Numbered from the stretch's first letter, positions 18,521 through 28,416 are shown. The stretch is 64,000 nt of DNA from Fidelibacterota bacterium (GCA_014381855.1 JACNKV010000084.1:22341-86340); one strand, 5' to 3'. Program-made: numbers and translations. Notes: a model not told the origin generated them from the letters alone.

Positions 18521-18683
18521 GATAATTTCCTACAGTTATATGGATAAATTTACCAGTTCACGTCCATCAATCGGAACTGATTTCTTGGATAGTTTAATAA
18601 AGTAAACGAGTTAACGGGTAAAAGAGTTAATAAGTTTGTGAGTTCTTGAGTTTGTGAGTTGCTTTTTTCCCACGTTTACGCAT

Positions 18684-20030
18684 TTACTCGTTTACTCGCA
18701 CACCTAAGATTTCTTTCTCGTATAGATCTCGCTGCAAGACAGCAAATTCACCCGGGTCGTTTTCAAATGGGATTGCTCCTCTCCCTGCACCGCCATGGAT
18801 AACCTCGACCTTTTTACCTTTATTATTCCGTAATTCATTTACAAGAAATAGCTGTTCACCATCAGGAGTGTAGATTGTAATCCTAGTATTTAGTTCAAGA
18901 CGATTTTTTATATCGAACCACAGTAAACCGGTTTCTTTATCCCACTTACATTCCATTCCAACCGGTTTTTTATAACGCTCTCGGGATCGGCTGTCAGTGT
19001 AATTTTGGCCAAATTCCTGAGGATTACGTGTATAATATCCCGTAGTATATTCGCGATTTGACAATGCCATTAAGTCCTTCAAAATAGAGCTGTCAAATGG
19101 TTTATTTTTCGCCAAAACGTCCAATGCTTTACGATAAGCCCGAGCGGACATTGCCGCATAATACTCTGATTTCGTCCGGCCTTCGATTTTTACACTCATC
19201 ACTCCGGCATTCCGAATGTCTTCGAGTAGCTCCACCGCACATAGGTCTTTTGCGTTGAACATATAGGTTCCGCTCTCATCTTCTTCCACTGGATAGTGCT
19301 GCCCTGTTCGCTCGTTCTCTTCTAAATAATAACCACTCGGAGAAACATACTTTTTCTTATCTGAACCGGATATTTGGTGTTTTTCTTGTTCTAATAATGA
19401 CGGTGTTTCTTGACCAAATTTATAATCCCAGCGACAGGAGTTTGTACATGTCCCCTGGTTTGCATCTCGGTGATTCATATAGTTGGAAATTAAGCAGCGA
19501 CCTGAGTAAGCAATGCAAATCGCTCCATGCACGAATGATTCAAGGTCAATATCCGGAACGTTGCGATGAATCTCCTCAATCTCCTTTAACCGAAGTTCTC
19601 TCGGTAAAATGATACGCTGAACTCCGAGATCCTGCCAAAATTCCACGGTAGTCCAATTGGTTGCATTCGCTTGAGTAGAGAGATGCACAGGAATATCCGG
19701 AATACGTTTCAATGCTTGATTAATCAGACCGGGATCTGCCATAATCAACCCATCCGGTTCCCACTCTACAATTTTTTCAAGTTCACGGATGAACCCATCC
19801 ACCTTCATATTATGAGCAAAAATATTTAGCGTAAGATACACTTTTTTTCCGCGTTCATGTGCATACGTAATTCCCTCTATCAGTGAGGTTTCACGAAAGT
19901 CATTTTCCCGTGTTCTGAGAGAATATTTTGGGATTCCGGCATAAACAGCATCTGCGCCATAAGCAATGGCATATTTTAGTTTTGCAAGTCCTCCTGCCGG
20001 AGCAAGAAGCTCAGGGACAATACCTTTCAC
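18684..20030 (-). CDS. U32 family peptidase (YegQ/TrhP-like)
   Basis: N-terminal PELLAPAGGLAKLKYAIAYGADAVY and the E..VHGA.C.AYSGRC block typical of U32. Confidence 0.75.
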   Translation of the reverse strand: MKGIVPELLAPAGGLAKLKYAIAYGADAVYAGIPKYSLRTRENDFRETSLIEGITYAHERGKKVYLTLNIFAHNMKVDGFIRELEKIVEWEPDGLIMADPGLINQALKRIPDIPVHLSTQANATNWTTVEFWQDLGVQRIILPRELRLKEIEEIHRNVPDIDLESFVHGAICIAYSGRCLISNYMNHRDANQGTCTNSCRWDYKFGQETPSLLEQEKHQISGSDKKKYVSPSGYYLEENERTGQHYPVEEDESGTYMFNAKDLCAVELLEDIRNAGVMSVKIEGRTKSEYYAAMSARAYRKALDVLAKNKPFDSSILKDLMALSNREYTTGYYTRNPQEFGQNYTDSRSRERYKKPVGMECKWDKETGLLWFDIKNRLELNTRITIYTPDGEQLFLVNELRNNKGKKVEVIHGGAGRGAIPFENDPGEFAVLQRDLYEKEILGVRVNE

Positions 20031-20032
20031 AC

Positions 20033-20479
20033 CTATTTCGGTAACGGATGTAAGAATTTTCTCTGTGCTTTCAGCAAAAGTAAGTCTGCTTTTTTCTGCT
20101 CGTCATCCTGAGAAAGAGAAACTATTCTGAGAGCTTCGATTAACGAAATATTGGAATTGTCATATCCTGCGTATAATGCATCCATGTGACGGGTGATGAG
20201 CACAAGATCATAACCAACATTTTGGCTTAAGTGTTCATCAACAATTTCATAAAACCGTTCAATATAGTAAGGTTCAACCCATCCCGGCTGTTGGTTGTAT
20301 TGCTTCTTGACTTCACGCAAATGATGAGCCTTCATCGATGAGATCGCTCCATACGCTCCGTTGACAAATGCAATTTTGTCTGACTGATCCAAACTATTCC
20401 AATAATCCGCCGGTGTTGTTTTCGCGATAGAAACTTGGCACATAAGCAAAAACAAAATGGCTAACAATTTAAGTTTCAT
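20033..20479 (-). CDS. hypothetical secreted protein
   Basis: Signal peptide MKLKLLAILFLLMCQVSIA. I recognise no family. Packed between nadE (11-nt overlap) and the U32 gene (2-nt gap). Confidence 0.3.
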   Translation of the reverse strand: MKLKLLAILFLLMCQVSIAKTTPADYWNSLDQSDKIAFVNGAYGAISSMKAHHLREVKKQYNQQPGWVEPYYIERFYEIVDEHLSQNVGYDLVLITRHMDALYAGYDNSNISLIEALRIVSLSQDDEQKKADLLLLKAQRKFLHPLPK

Positions 20480-22109
20480 CCTTTACCTCCGAAAGTGTTT
20501 TATTTCCTGTATAATGATTGACCATCGGGATTCGTCTCCCTGTGCCAAACGCCTTGCCACTCACTCGCAATCCGGGTGCTGCTTGGCGTCGTTTATACTC
20601 ATTTATCCGAATTCGCTGATAAAGATCATAAACCAAGTCAGGGTCGGCTCCATCAGAAATTAGCTGATCTATTCCCGTGTGATCTTCAACAAGTGCATCT
20701 ACGATTGGGCTGACAATTTCATAGTCAAAGGGGTCAACTTGACCCGGTTTAAGCTCAGCAGACGGCGGTTTATTTATACTGTTTTCAGGGATACGATCAT
20801 ACCCCGCTGATTTATTTACCCATTGTGAAATCGCATAAACGTCAGTTTTTGACAAATCAGAGATAACAGACAATCCACCGCTCATATCTCCATATAGCGT
20901 GCAATAGCCAAGTGCTAATTCTGTTTTATTGCCGGTGGATAATACCATCCAGCCAAATTTATTCGATAACGCCATCAATAGATTTCCGCGCGACCGAGCT
21001 TGGATGTTCTCTTCAGCAATCCCGGATTCTGTTCCTGTAAAAAGTTTGTGCAATGTCTCATCAAATGTTGTAACAATATCTTCAATTGGGATGGTGTGAT
21101 AATCTATGCCAAGGTGTTTTGCGAGTGTATAAGCATCATTGGTACTGTGATTGCTGGAATATTTGGAAGGCATAGACACGCCATGCACATGATCGGCTCC
21201 CAAAGCATCGGTGGCAATACAGGCAACGAGAGCAGAATCAATTCCGCCGCTGAGACCCAATACTGCATCGGAATGCCCGGTTTTATGGAAATAATCGCTC
21301 ACGCCCAAACAAAGAGCGCGATACATTTTTTCTTCACGACATTTTTTTGGAATATTTTTTGTCTCCACAGATGATGTATCTACAATCAATATATTCTCTT
21401 CAAATGCTTTTCCAAGGGCAACGATTTTCCCGTCTGCATTCATCGCAATGGATTCACCATCAAAAATCAGTTCATCTTGTCCCCCTACCAAATTGCAGTA
21501 ATAAAACGGAAGGTTTGTCACGGCATTTTTTTCTCGCAGTAAGGTAAGTCGCTCCTCTAATCTTCCCTCATGATAAGGCGATGCAGAAATATTTATCACC
21601 ATTTCCGCGCCGCCGTCCGCCAGCAGTTGGGACACGTTTACATCATAATCTTTATCCCAAAGGTCTTCACAAATCTGTATACCAACTTTTTTGGTTTCAG
21701 AACCTATCTTTACTGGCCATATCCCGGGTTCCTTTCCATGAGTAAAATAGCGATCTTCATCAAATACATCATAGGTTGGTAATAATATTTTATCATAAAC
21801 ATGCTCTATGTGACCGTTGCTACACAATACAGCACTATTATAAATCTTATTTCCATCACGGCGTACACCACCTAAAATAATGGGAATCGTTGATGTATTA
21901 GCGACGGCTTCCAACACAGACCAATTTCTGGTGATAAATCCGGGTTCCCATAATAAATCCTGAGGAGGATATCCGATGGTTGTCAACTCCGGAAAGACAA
22001 CTAATTCTGCTCCTTGTTTGATCGCTTTCTCATAATAATCAAATATCTTCTTCTGATTATTTTCAAAATCTCCACCCGTCGTGTTGATTTGGCAAAGAGC
22101 AATCTTCAT
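20469..22109 (-). CDS. nadE: glutamine-dependent NAD+ synthetase
   Basis: N-terminal nitrilase/CN-hydrolase domain (MKIALCQIN...FPEL) plus a C-terminal synthetase domain with SGGIDS. I prefer ATG 22109 over the track's GTG 22136. Confidence 0.85.
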   Translation of the reverse strand: MKIALCQINTTGGDFENNQKKIFDYYEKAIKQGAELVVFPELTTIGYPPQDLLWEPGFITRNWSVLEAVANTSTIPIILGGVRRDGNKIYNSAVLCSNGHIEHVYDKILLPTYDVFDEDRYFTHGKEPGIWPVKIGSETKKVGIQICEDLWDKDYDVNVSQLLADGGAEMVINISASPYHEGRLEERLTLLREKNAVTNLPFYYCNLVGGQDELIFDGESIAMNADGKIVALGKAFEENILIVDTSSVETKNIPKKCREEKMYRALCLGVSDYFHKTGHSDAVLGLSGGIDSALVACIATDALGADHVHGVSMPSKYSSNHSTNDAYTLAKHLGIDYHTIPIEDIVTTFDETLHKLFTGTESGIAEENIQARSRGNLLMALSNKFGWMVLSTGNKTELALGYCTLYGDMSGGLSVISDLSKTDVYAISQWVNKSAGYDRIPENSINKPPSAELKPGQVDPFDYEIVSPIVDALVEDHTGIDQLISDGADPDLVYDLYQRIRINEYKRRQAAPGLRVSGKAFGTGRRIPMVNHYTGNKTLSEVKDET

Positions 22110-22252
22110 GACTAAGTCTATTCCAAAAACCGCCACTTAAGGCTAATTTTCGCTAATGACGAAATACTATCTCCACAGATATAATTACTTATGATTTTCA
22201 GATTGTGTTTATTTTTACTTTTTTGGAATAAACTCATGATTGAAACATTCGG

Positions 22253-22531
22253 CTAATATTGAATGTAAAATCCTTTTTCAAGATGATCGGGTTTTTCCCA
22301 TTTTACTGACACATCATCCACTTGGGACAATTCAGGTCCTACAGTGAGATAGTGAATCAATTTTCCAATCTGAGGTCTGCTGCCTGTCACCTCAGTATAA
22401 ACGGTTCCATCCGATTGATTCTTTACCCATCCATTCAGCTTTAATTCTCTGGCAATATTACGTGTAAACGCTCGAAACCACACGCCATGGACTCGTCCTT
22501 TTACAGTGATTTTTGCCAACATTTGTTTCAT
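22253..22531 (-). CDS. acyP: acylphosphatase
   Basis: 92 aa with the V.G.V.GV.FR motif (VKGRVHGVWFR). Confidence 0.8.
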   Translation of the reverse strand: MKQMLAKITVKGRVHGVWFRAFTRNIARELKLNGWVKNQSDGTVYTEVTGSRPQIGKLIHYLTVGPELSQVDDVSVKWEKPDHLEKGFYIQY

Positions 22532-22537
22532 TTTTGT

Positions 22538-22993
22538 CTATTTAGTAAGAAGTGTTTTAACTTTTGTAATTACATCCAATGGTGATTCGGCGACTGTGAT
22601 TTCATCCATGGGCCATGTTTTAAAACCAACAACTGGTTTTTCAGTTTGAAGGGCATAAGCAATTTCACTCAAAGTTCCGTAATGTCCGGAGACCGCCACA
22701 GCAACATCACAATTATATGCTAATAAGGCATTTCTAGCTAGTCCTATTCCAGTGGCAACAGGTATTGTTATATACCCATTTCCCTCTTTTGGATCCGTTC
22801 CTTTAAGGATTCCAATGCATGTCCCGTTTTTTTCTTTCACGCCTTTGGCAATAGCTTCCATCACTCCCTTCGCTCCTCCACAAAACACCAGCCAATTTTC
22901 ATTTGCCATCAACCGACCGAGTTCCACCGTTTCAGCATATATTTCATCAGAGATATCTCGTCCGCCAAACACAGAGATTTTGGCTTTAAACAT
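22538..22993 (-). CDS. TIGR00725-like / LOG (SLOG) family Rossmann protein
   Basis: ISVFGG...FCGGAKGVMEA...PV..GIGLARN....N.DVAVAVSG.YGTLSEI pattern. Confidence 0.6.
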   Translation of the reverse strand: MFKAKISVFGGRDISDEIYAETVELGRLMANENWLVFCGGAKGVMEAIAKGVKEKNGTCIGILKGTDPKEGNGYITIPVATGIGLARNALLAYNCDVAVAVSGHYGTLSEIAYALQTEKPVVGFKTWPMDEITVAESPLDVITKVKTLLTK

Positions 22994-22998
22994 TTTAC

Positions 22999-24291
22999 TT
23001 AGGGCTCCAATCGAGTAATGGTTCTTGGGAAGGGGATGGTTTCACGAACATGCTTTGTTCCACTTATCCATGCGACGGTACGTTCAATACCCAATCCAAA
23101 ACCGGCGTGAGGCACCGATCCGTATTTTCTAAGATCTAAATACCACTCGAACGGCTTCATCGGAAGGTCATGGTGCAGAATTCGACTCACCAGCACTTCT
23201 AGGTCATCTTCTCGTTGTCCGCCTCCGACAATTTCGCCATACCCTTCGGGTGCAATCATGTCTACACCCAACGCCAAAGCATCATTTTCCGGGTCACGTT
23301 TCATATAAAATGGCTTCACATCTGCCGGCCAGCGATGACCCATCCCCGGGCGGTTGAATTGCTCAGAGATAACGGTTTCATCCTTTCCTCAAAAGTCACC
23401 GCCATATTGAAAATCAACACCATTTTTCCTTAAAATATCAACGGCATCGTCATAGGTAATTCTTGGAAAAGGTGGAATAACTTTCTCTAATGTTGACGTA
23501 TCACGTTCCAATGTTTCTAATTCTGTTTTGCAATGTTCAAGACACCATTTGACAACGTATGATACATATTTTTCCGCCCAATCCATATCTTGGTCTAAAT
23601 TACAATACGCCATTTCGGGTTCAATCATCCAAAATTCGGTAAGATGACGACGTGTTTTCGATTTTTCTGCCCTGAAAGTAGGTCCGAAACAATAGACTTT
23701 TCCAAACGCCATCGCCCCAGCTTCCTGATACAATTGTCCGCTCTGAGTCAAAAAGGCTGAACGATCAAAATACCCAAGTTCGAAGAGGTCCGTCGTCCCT
23801 TCAACAGCATTTGCCGTGAGAATCGGTGAGTCCACCAACGTAAATCCATGTTGATCAAAAAAGTCTCTACTTGCTTTCACAACTTGATGACGAATCCGTA
23901 TAATCGCATGTTGTTTTTTTGATCTTAACCAGAGGTGTCTGTGGTTCATTAGAAAATCGGTTCCATGCTCCTTAGGAGAGATTGGATATTCCTTTGCAAT
24001 TTGATGAACACGAATGGATGTTACTCCCAACTCATATCCGCCGGGGGCTCTTGGTTCTTTTCGTACGATTCCGAATACGGTAACCGAGGATTCTTGCGTC
24101 AAGCTGCTTTCCAATTGGAACACATCCGGTTCAACTTCCTTTTTAACAACGACACATTGTAAAAGTCCTGTACCGTCACGGAGAATCATAAACCAAATTT
24201 TTCCAATGGATCGCAGATTGTAGACCCATCCGTTAAGAGAGACTTCCTTATTTTCGACCTTATAAAGATCTTTGATATTAACTGATGTCAT
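22999..24291 (-). pseudogene. asnS: asparagine--tRNA ligase interrupted by one in-frame TGA (23389..23391)
   Basis: Track ORFs 23389..24291 and 22999..23343 are the N- and C-terminal parts of class II AsnRS (FRAEKSKTRRHLTEFWMIE; [10 protein letters not shown]; [15 protein letters not shown]). The minus strand reads GGT GAC TTT TGA GGA AAG GAT GAA..., so both parts and the linker are in one frame, 431 codons in total. Confidence 0.85.
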
Positions 24292-24383
24292 AAATGCTTC
24301 CTAGTTTACGTCACAATGGGCAAAAGGTTAGCTATGCTGAATAAAAATCTATGCATGCGAATCAAATCAATTCCACTACTGTT

Positions 24384-24427
24384 TTCAAATAAAATGCCCT
24401 CATTCCTATTACCGGCATGAGGGCATT
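24384..24427 (-). terminator. rho-independent terminator downstream of rplS
   Basis: On the minus strand AATGCCCTCAT(24427-24417) pairs with ATGAGGGCATT(24403-24393), giving an 11-bp stem and 13-nt loop. It runs directly into TTTATTTG, 20 nt after the rplS stop. Confidence 0.7.
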
Positions 24428-24446
24428 AGTGTATGAATCATATTTA

Positions 24447-24788
24447 CTACCGTTTTTCAGTAATACGCGCAGCTTTACCGGTCAGTTTGCGAAGATAATT
24501 CAGTTTAGCTCTGCGTACTTTTCCGCGTCGCACCACTGACAAGGAGGAAATCATGGGTGTATGTAGTGGAAAAATTCTTTCCACACCTACTCCGCCTGAG
24601 ATTTTTCTCACCGTGAAGGTTTCTCCAACACCACTTCCTTTTCGTCCTATTACAACCCCTTGATACTGCTGGATTCTTTCTTTTCCACCTTCAACAACAC
24701 GAAAATCTATCATGACAGTGTCTCCGGGGGAAAATTCCGGGATATCTGTGCGTAAATACTCTTTTGTTGCTTCTTGTAATTTATTCAT
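24447..24788 (-). CDS. rplS: 50S ribosomal protein bL19
   Basis: 113 aa, FSPGDTV...V.EG.KERIQ.YQGVVI motif, conserved trmD-rplS order. Confidence 0.95.
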   Translation of the reverse strand: MNKLQEATKEYLRTDIPEFSPGDTVMIDFRVVEGGKERIQQYQGVVIGRKGSGVGETFTVRKISGGVGVERIFPLHTPMISSLSVVRRGKVRRAKLNYLRKLTGKAARITEKR

Positions 24789-25509
24789 TTTCTTTCTCCG
24801 AAGTTTTCTCTTTTTTTAAATATTCTTTCCACATAATAGGACGGTGTATTTTTGTCCGTTCTATTCTATGCTTCATACGCCATTCTTCAATTTTTTTATG
24901 ATGACCTTCCAGTAGTACATCCGGAACGGACATCCCTTCGATTTCTCTCGGTCTCGTGTAATGCGGCCCATCCAAAAGATCAGCCGCAAATGAATCTGTC
25001 ATAGCAGATTCGTATGTATTCAACACACCGGGGATCAATCTTACGATACTGTCTATCATCAAAAGTGCGGGTAATTCCCCGCTTGTAACCACAAAATCAC
25101 CTATGGAATATTCATGAGTCACATACTTCTTAATCACTCTTTCATCCACACCTTTGTAATGACCACAAATGTAAATGAGCTTTTCAACCTCCGCATTTTC
25201 TAATGCGGTTTCATGCGTCCATTGTTCACCTAACGGTGTCGGATAGACAACCCTAATACCGCTATCATCACCCATCTTTTGGATTGAATAATCCAATGCT
25301 TTAAACAGCGGTTCCGGCATCATGACCATTCCGCTACCACCCCCAAAGGGTTCATCGTCCACCTGTCGATAGTTCCCCTCGGAATAATCCCTGAGTGAAA
25401 CCACATGAAATTCAACGATTGATTTATCAACCGCCCGTCTAAGCATGCTATTTTGAATCAGACTTGTGATGCTCTCAGGGACGGGTGTAATAATGGCGAT
25501 CTGCTTCAA
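24781..25509 (-). CDS. trmD: tRNA (guanine37-N1)-methyltransferase
   Basis: [17 protein letters not shown] motif, rimM-trmD-rplS order. Confidence 0.93.
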   Translation of the reverse strand: MKQIAIITPVPESITSLIQNSMLRRAVDKSIVEFHVVSLRDYSEGNYRQVDDEPFGGGSGMVMMPEPLFKALDYSIQKMGDDSGIRVVYPTPLGEQWTHETALENAEVEKLIYICGHYKGVDERVIKKYVTHEYSIGDFVVTSGELPALLMIDSIVRLIPGVLNTYESAMTDSFAADLLDGPHYTRPREIEGMSVPDVLLEGHHKKIEEWRMKHRIERTKIHRPIMWKEYLKKEKTSEKENE

Positions 25510-26006
25510 CCAAGCAAACCGTCCACCGGAGAGATGAGAATCACACCTGACTCGACATCTACCTTCTTCACAATTTCCGGGATAACGGGGATTAACATTT
25601 CACGACTCCCATCGCGAATTACGTAGATATCGTTTGAAGGTAGCCATAATATTTCCGCCAGCTCACCCACAATTTTTCCCGTATCGGTTACCACAACAAA
25701 TCCAATAATGTCTCCGGAAATCCAGAGTATCTTATCAGAATCCGGCACAGATGCAAAAATCACCTGGCCAATCATGGACTCTGCTTCATCCCTGCTGTCT
25801 ATTCCCTCGAAGTGATACCGTGTTTGTTTGCCTGCACCCACAGACTCTTTTAACAGTATTTGTCGACTCAATTCTTCTGTTTCTCCAAGAAACAGAGGTT
25901 TATTAAGGACATAATCATTAAAGTACCGGGAGAGCGGACGAACTTTAACTTCACCTTTTAATCCCGCCGGTTTTGTAATCCGTGCAATAGCAAACAGTTT
26001 TTTCAT
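25506..26006 (-). CDS. rimM: 16S rRNA processing protein RimM
   Basis: 166 aa, I.KP.GLKGEVKV N-terminus, PRC-barrel C-terminus, conserved position. Confidence 0.85.
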   Translation of the reverse strand: MKKLFAIARITKPAGLKGEVKVRPLSRYFNDYVLNKPLFLGETEELSRQILLKESVGAGKQTRYHFEGIDSRDEAESMIGQVIFASVPDSDKILWISGDIIGFVVVTDTGKIVGELAEILWLPSNDIYVIRDGSREMLIPVIPEIVKKVDVESGVILISPVDGLLG

Positions 26007-26242
26007 TTTTGATCAATCACATCAAGTCGGGCTCGTTTACCGCCCTGTTTAGCATTAATCGCAAAGACAAGCGATCTGAGAGCAGAGATATTCCGTCCCT
26101 TTTTCCCAATCACTTTTCCAAAATCACCATCACCTACAGTCAATTCATAGATAACCTGTTTCTCAGTCTCAACGATATTTACAGAAACTTCATCTGGCTT
26201 ATCCACCAGTTGCTTAATGACTGTTTCAATGAATTCCTGCAT
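26003..26242 (-). CDS. KH-domain RNA-binding protein (UPF0109/YlqC family)
   Basis: GKVIGKKGRNISALR KH motif. I prefer ATG 26242 because AAGGAGG sits 8 nt upstream; the track start 26266 adds 8 aa. Confidence 0.8.
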   Translation of the reverse strand: MQEFIETVIKQLVDKPDEVSVNIVETEKQVIYELTVGDGDFGKVIGKKGRNISALRSLVFAINAKQGGKRARLDVIDQK

Positions 26243-26268
26243 AGCATTTTCCTCCTTTGTCAGCATTA

Positions 26269-26943
26269 CTACTCTTTGTCACCTTTTTTTTCAGCTTCTT
26301 CAGAATTTTCTTTTTCTGATTTTTCTGATTTTTTTTCATCTAAGGCTTTGTCGGTAACGTCTTTTTTCGAAGCAGATTCTTCTTTCGGTTTTTTTTCAGA
26401 GACAGGTTCTTCTTTAGTCTCGTCTTTTAATTCAGGTTTCTCTTCCGGCTTCTCACCCGTGGCAGGTTCTTCTGTTACCGCTTCAGGTTCTTCCGGTTTT
26501 TCACCCGAATCCTCCGCCAGTTCCGCTTTCGGTGCATCTGCATTTTTTTCCTCCGAAGTCTCTGCTTCCAGAGTAGCTTTCTTCTTTGGATCAGATTTCA
26601 GCTTCTTTTTCGCGTCTTCTTTATTCAAAGCCCATTTCTGCATTTCTTTTTCAATGTTTTTTTCGCTCATGCCCTGTCTCATAAGATGCCAGCGAAATGC
26701 TATACCTGCTCTTTTTAGCAGATGATGGGTAATATCACTGGTTTGAGCACCCTCACCCAACCAATACATGATTCTTTCCTCATTCAGCGAATAATTATTT
26801 TCTTTATCCGCGATAATCGGATCATACCAACCCAATTCCTCAATGGCTGCGCCATCTCTTCGTGTTCTTGTATCCATAACCACAAGACGATAAAAGGGTC
26901 TATTTCGTCTTCCAATTCTTTTTAGTCTGATTTTAGTCGCCAA
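26269..26943 (-). CDS. rpsP: 30S ribosomal protein bS16 with a ~140-aa C-terminal K/E-rich extension
   Basis: N-terminal 80 aa is canonical bS16 (MATKIRLKRIGRRNRPFYRLVVMDTRTRRDG). The remainder is low-complexity EEKPE/KKxxK. Confidence 0.9.
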   Translation of the reverse strand: MATKIRLKRIGRRNRPFYRLVVMDTRTRRDGAAIEELGWYDPIIADKENNYSLNEERIMYWLGEGAQTSDITHHLLKRAGIAFRWHLMRQGMSEKNIEKEMQKWALNKEDAKKKLKSDPKKKATLEAETSEEKNADAPKAELAEDSGEKPEEPEAVTEEPATGEKPEEKPELKDETKEEPVSEKKPKEESASKKDVTDKALDEKKSEKSEKENSEEAEKKGDKE

Positions 26944-26955
26944 TCTTATTCTCCT

Positions 26956-28302
26956 TTAATGTAATCCAATAAATTGACCTAAACCGCTGTGTTTACCCTG
27001 CAGCATAGGTGATTTCATTTTTCCCATTTTTTTCATCATTTTCTGCATATGCGAAAATTGCTTCAGCAGTTGATTGATTTCCTGAACCGAACGACCGCTA
27101 CCCTTAGCAATTCGATGTCGTCGGCTCCCATTGATGATGTGTGGCTCTGTTCGTTCTGCGGGTGTCATAGACTGGATAATCGCTTCCGTCCACACCATTT
27201 GCCGATCATCTATTTTAAGTCCTTTTAACATTTTTCTATTCATCCCGGGGATCATTCCCATCAATTGATCCAACGGACCCATATTTCTCAGCTGTCGCAA
27301 CTGCTTTTGAAAATCTTCTAAAGTAAATGTGTTTTCCTGCATTTTTTTCTGCAGGATTTTTGCTTCTTTCTCATCCATTGTGGTTTCCGCTTTTTCTACA
27401 AGCGTAACCACATCACCAAATCCAAAAATGCGGTCAACAATTCTCTTTGGATCAAAAGCGTCAAGACCATCCATTTTTTCTGACACACCAATAAATTTGA
27501 TAGGGACTCCGGTCACTTCCGTAATTGACACAGCCGCTCCACCTCGAGCATCTCCATCCATCTTAGTTAAAATCGTTCCGGTTAATTTTAAAGCTTTCGA
27601 AAATGCCAATGCAGACTGGACAGCATCCTGCCCCGTCATACCATCAACGACAAACAAAGTTTCGTCCGGAAGAGTTTCATCGGAGATGTTCTGGATTTCG
27701 GTCATCATTTCTCCATCCACATGTAACCGACCGGCGGTATCCATAATGACAACATCTACGTGTGTTTGACGCGCCTCTTGAAGAGCCTCCCGGCATATCT
27801 TAATCGGATCGATGGTTCCCAAAGAATACACAGGGATATCAATTTCATTACCTAAAACCGTTAATTGATCGATGGCAGCCGGGCGATAAACGTCAGCTGC
27901 AACAAGCATGACAGATTTACCCTGTTTTTTTAATCGATACGCCAACTTTGCACATGTTGTCGTTTTACCCGACCCTTGCAATCCTGCCATTAAAATAACC
28001 GTTGGTGGCAGATCAGAAATATTTAGTGTTTGAACATCCTTGCCAAGTAAATTGATGAGTTCCTGATAAATAATCTTAATAAAATGTTCACCGGGCTTTA
28101 CAGATTTAATAACCTTAGTTCCCTCGGCACGATCTTGTACACGTTTCATAAAATCGCGTGCGACATGGAAATTCACATCTGCATCAAGAAGCACCCTGCG
28201 GATTTCCCGCACGGTTTTATGGATGTTTGTATCCGTAATCTTTCCAAGTCCTCTGAGAGAACGAAAGATAGAATCAAATCTGTCTGTAAGTTGATTAAAC
28301 AC
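26956..28302 (-). CDS. ffh: signal recognition particle protein
   Basis: GLQGSGKTTT, DTAGRL, TKMDGDARGG and an M-rich C-terminal domain. GTG start. Confidence 0.95.
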   Translation of the reverse strand: MFNQLTDRFDSIFRSLRGLGKITDTNIHKTVREIRRVLLDADVNFHVARDFMKRVQDRAEGTKVIKSVKPGEHFIKIIYQELINLLGKDVQTLNISDLPPTVILMAGLQGSGKTTTCAKLAYRLKKQGKSVMLVAADVYRPAAIDQLTVLGNEIDIPVYSLGTIDPIKICREALQEARQTHVDVVIMDTAGRLHVDGEMMTEIQNISDETLPDETLFVVDGMTGQDAVQSALAFSKALKLTGTILTKMDGDARGGAAVSITEVTGVPIKFIGVSEKMDGLDAFDPKRIVDRIFGFGDVVTLVEKAETTMDEKEAKILQKKMQENTFTLEDFQKQLRQLRNMGPLDQLMGMIPGMNRKMLKGLKIDDRQMVWTEAIIQSMTPAERTEPHIINGSRRHRIAKGSGRSVQEINQLLKQFSHMQKMMKKMGKMKSPMLQGKHSGLGQFIGLH

Positions 28303-28416
28303 GGTTTTTTGGTTCTAGTTTAGCATGGAAAGTTAGAAGTATATTTCTTCTCAAACAATTAAAATCGACGATAAATCGTTGAAAACGAATGCACAAACTA
28401 TATTCTTTCACGTGTG

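Noticed and set aside
23389-23391. TGA in asnS read as selenocysteine, or as evidence for genetic code 4 or 25
   Set aside because: TGA functions as a stop in several tightly coupled gene junctions in this window, and all other proteins have normal lengths under code 11. AsnRS is not a selenoprotein, and I see no SECIS-like hairpin right after the codon.
26009-26725. 238-aa plus-strand ORF, the longest plus-strand ORF in this part of the window
   Set aside because: It is the antisense shadow of the K/E-rich bS16 tail and the KH gene. Its product is F/S/L low-complexity, there is no SD, and it fully overlaps well-supported minus-strand genes.
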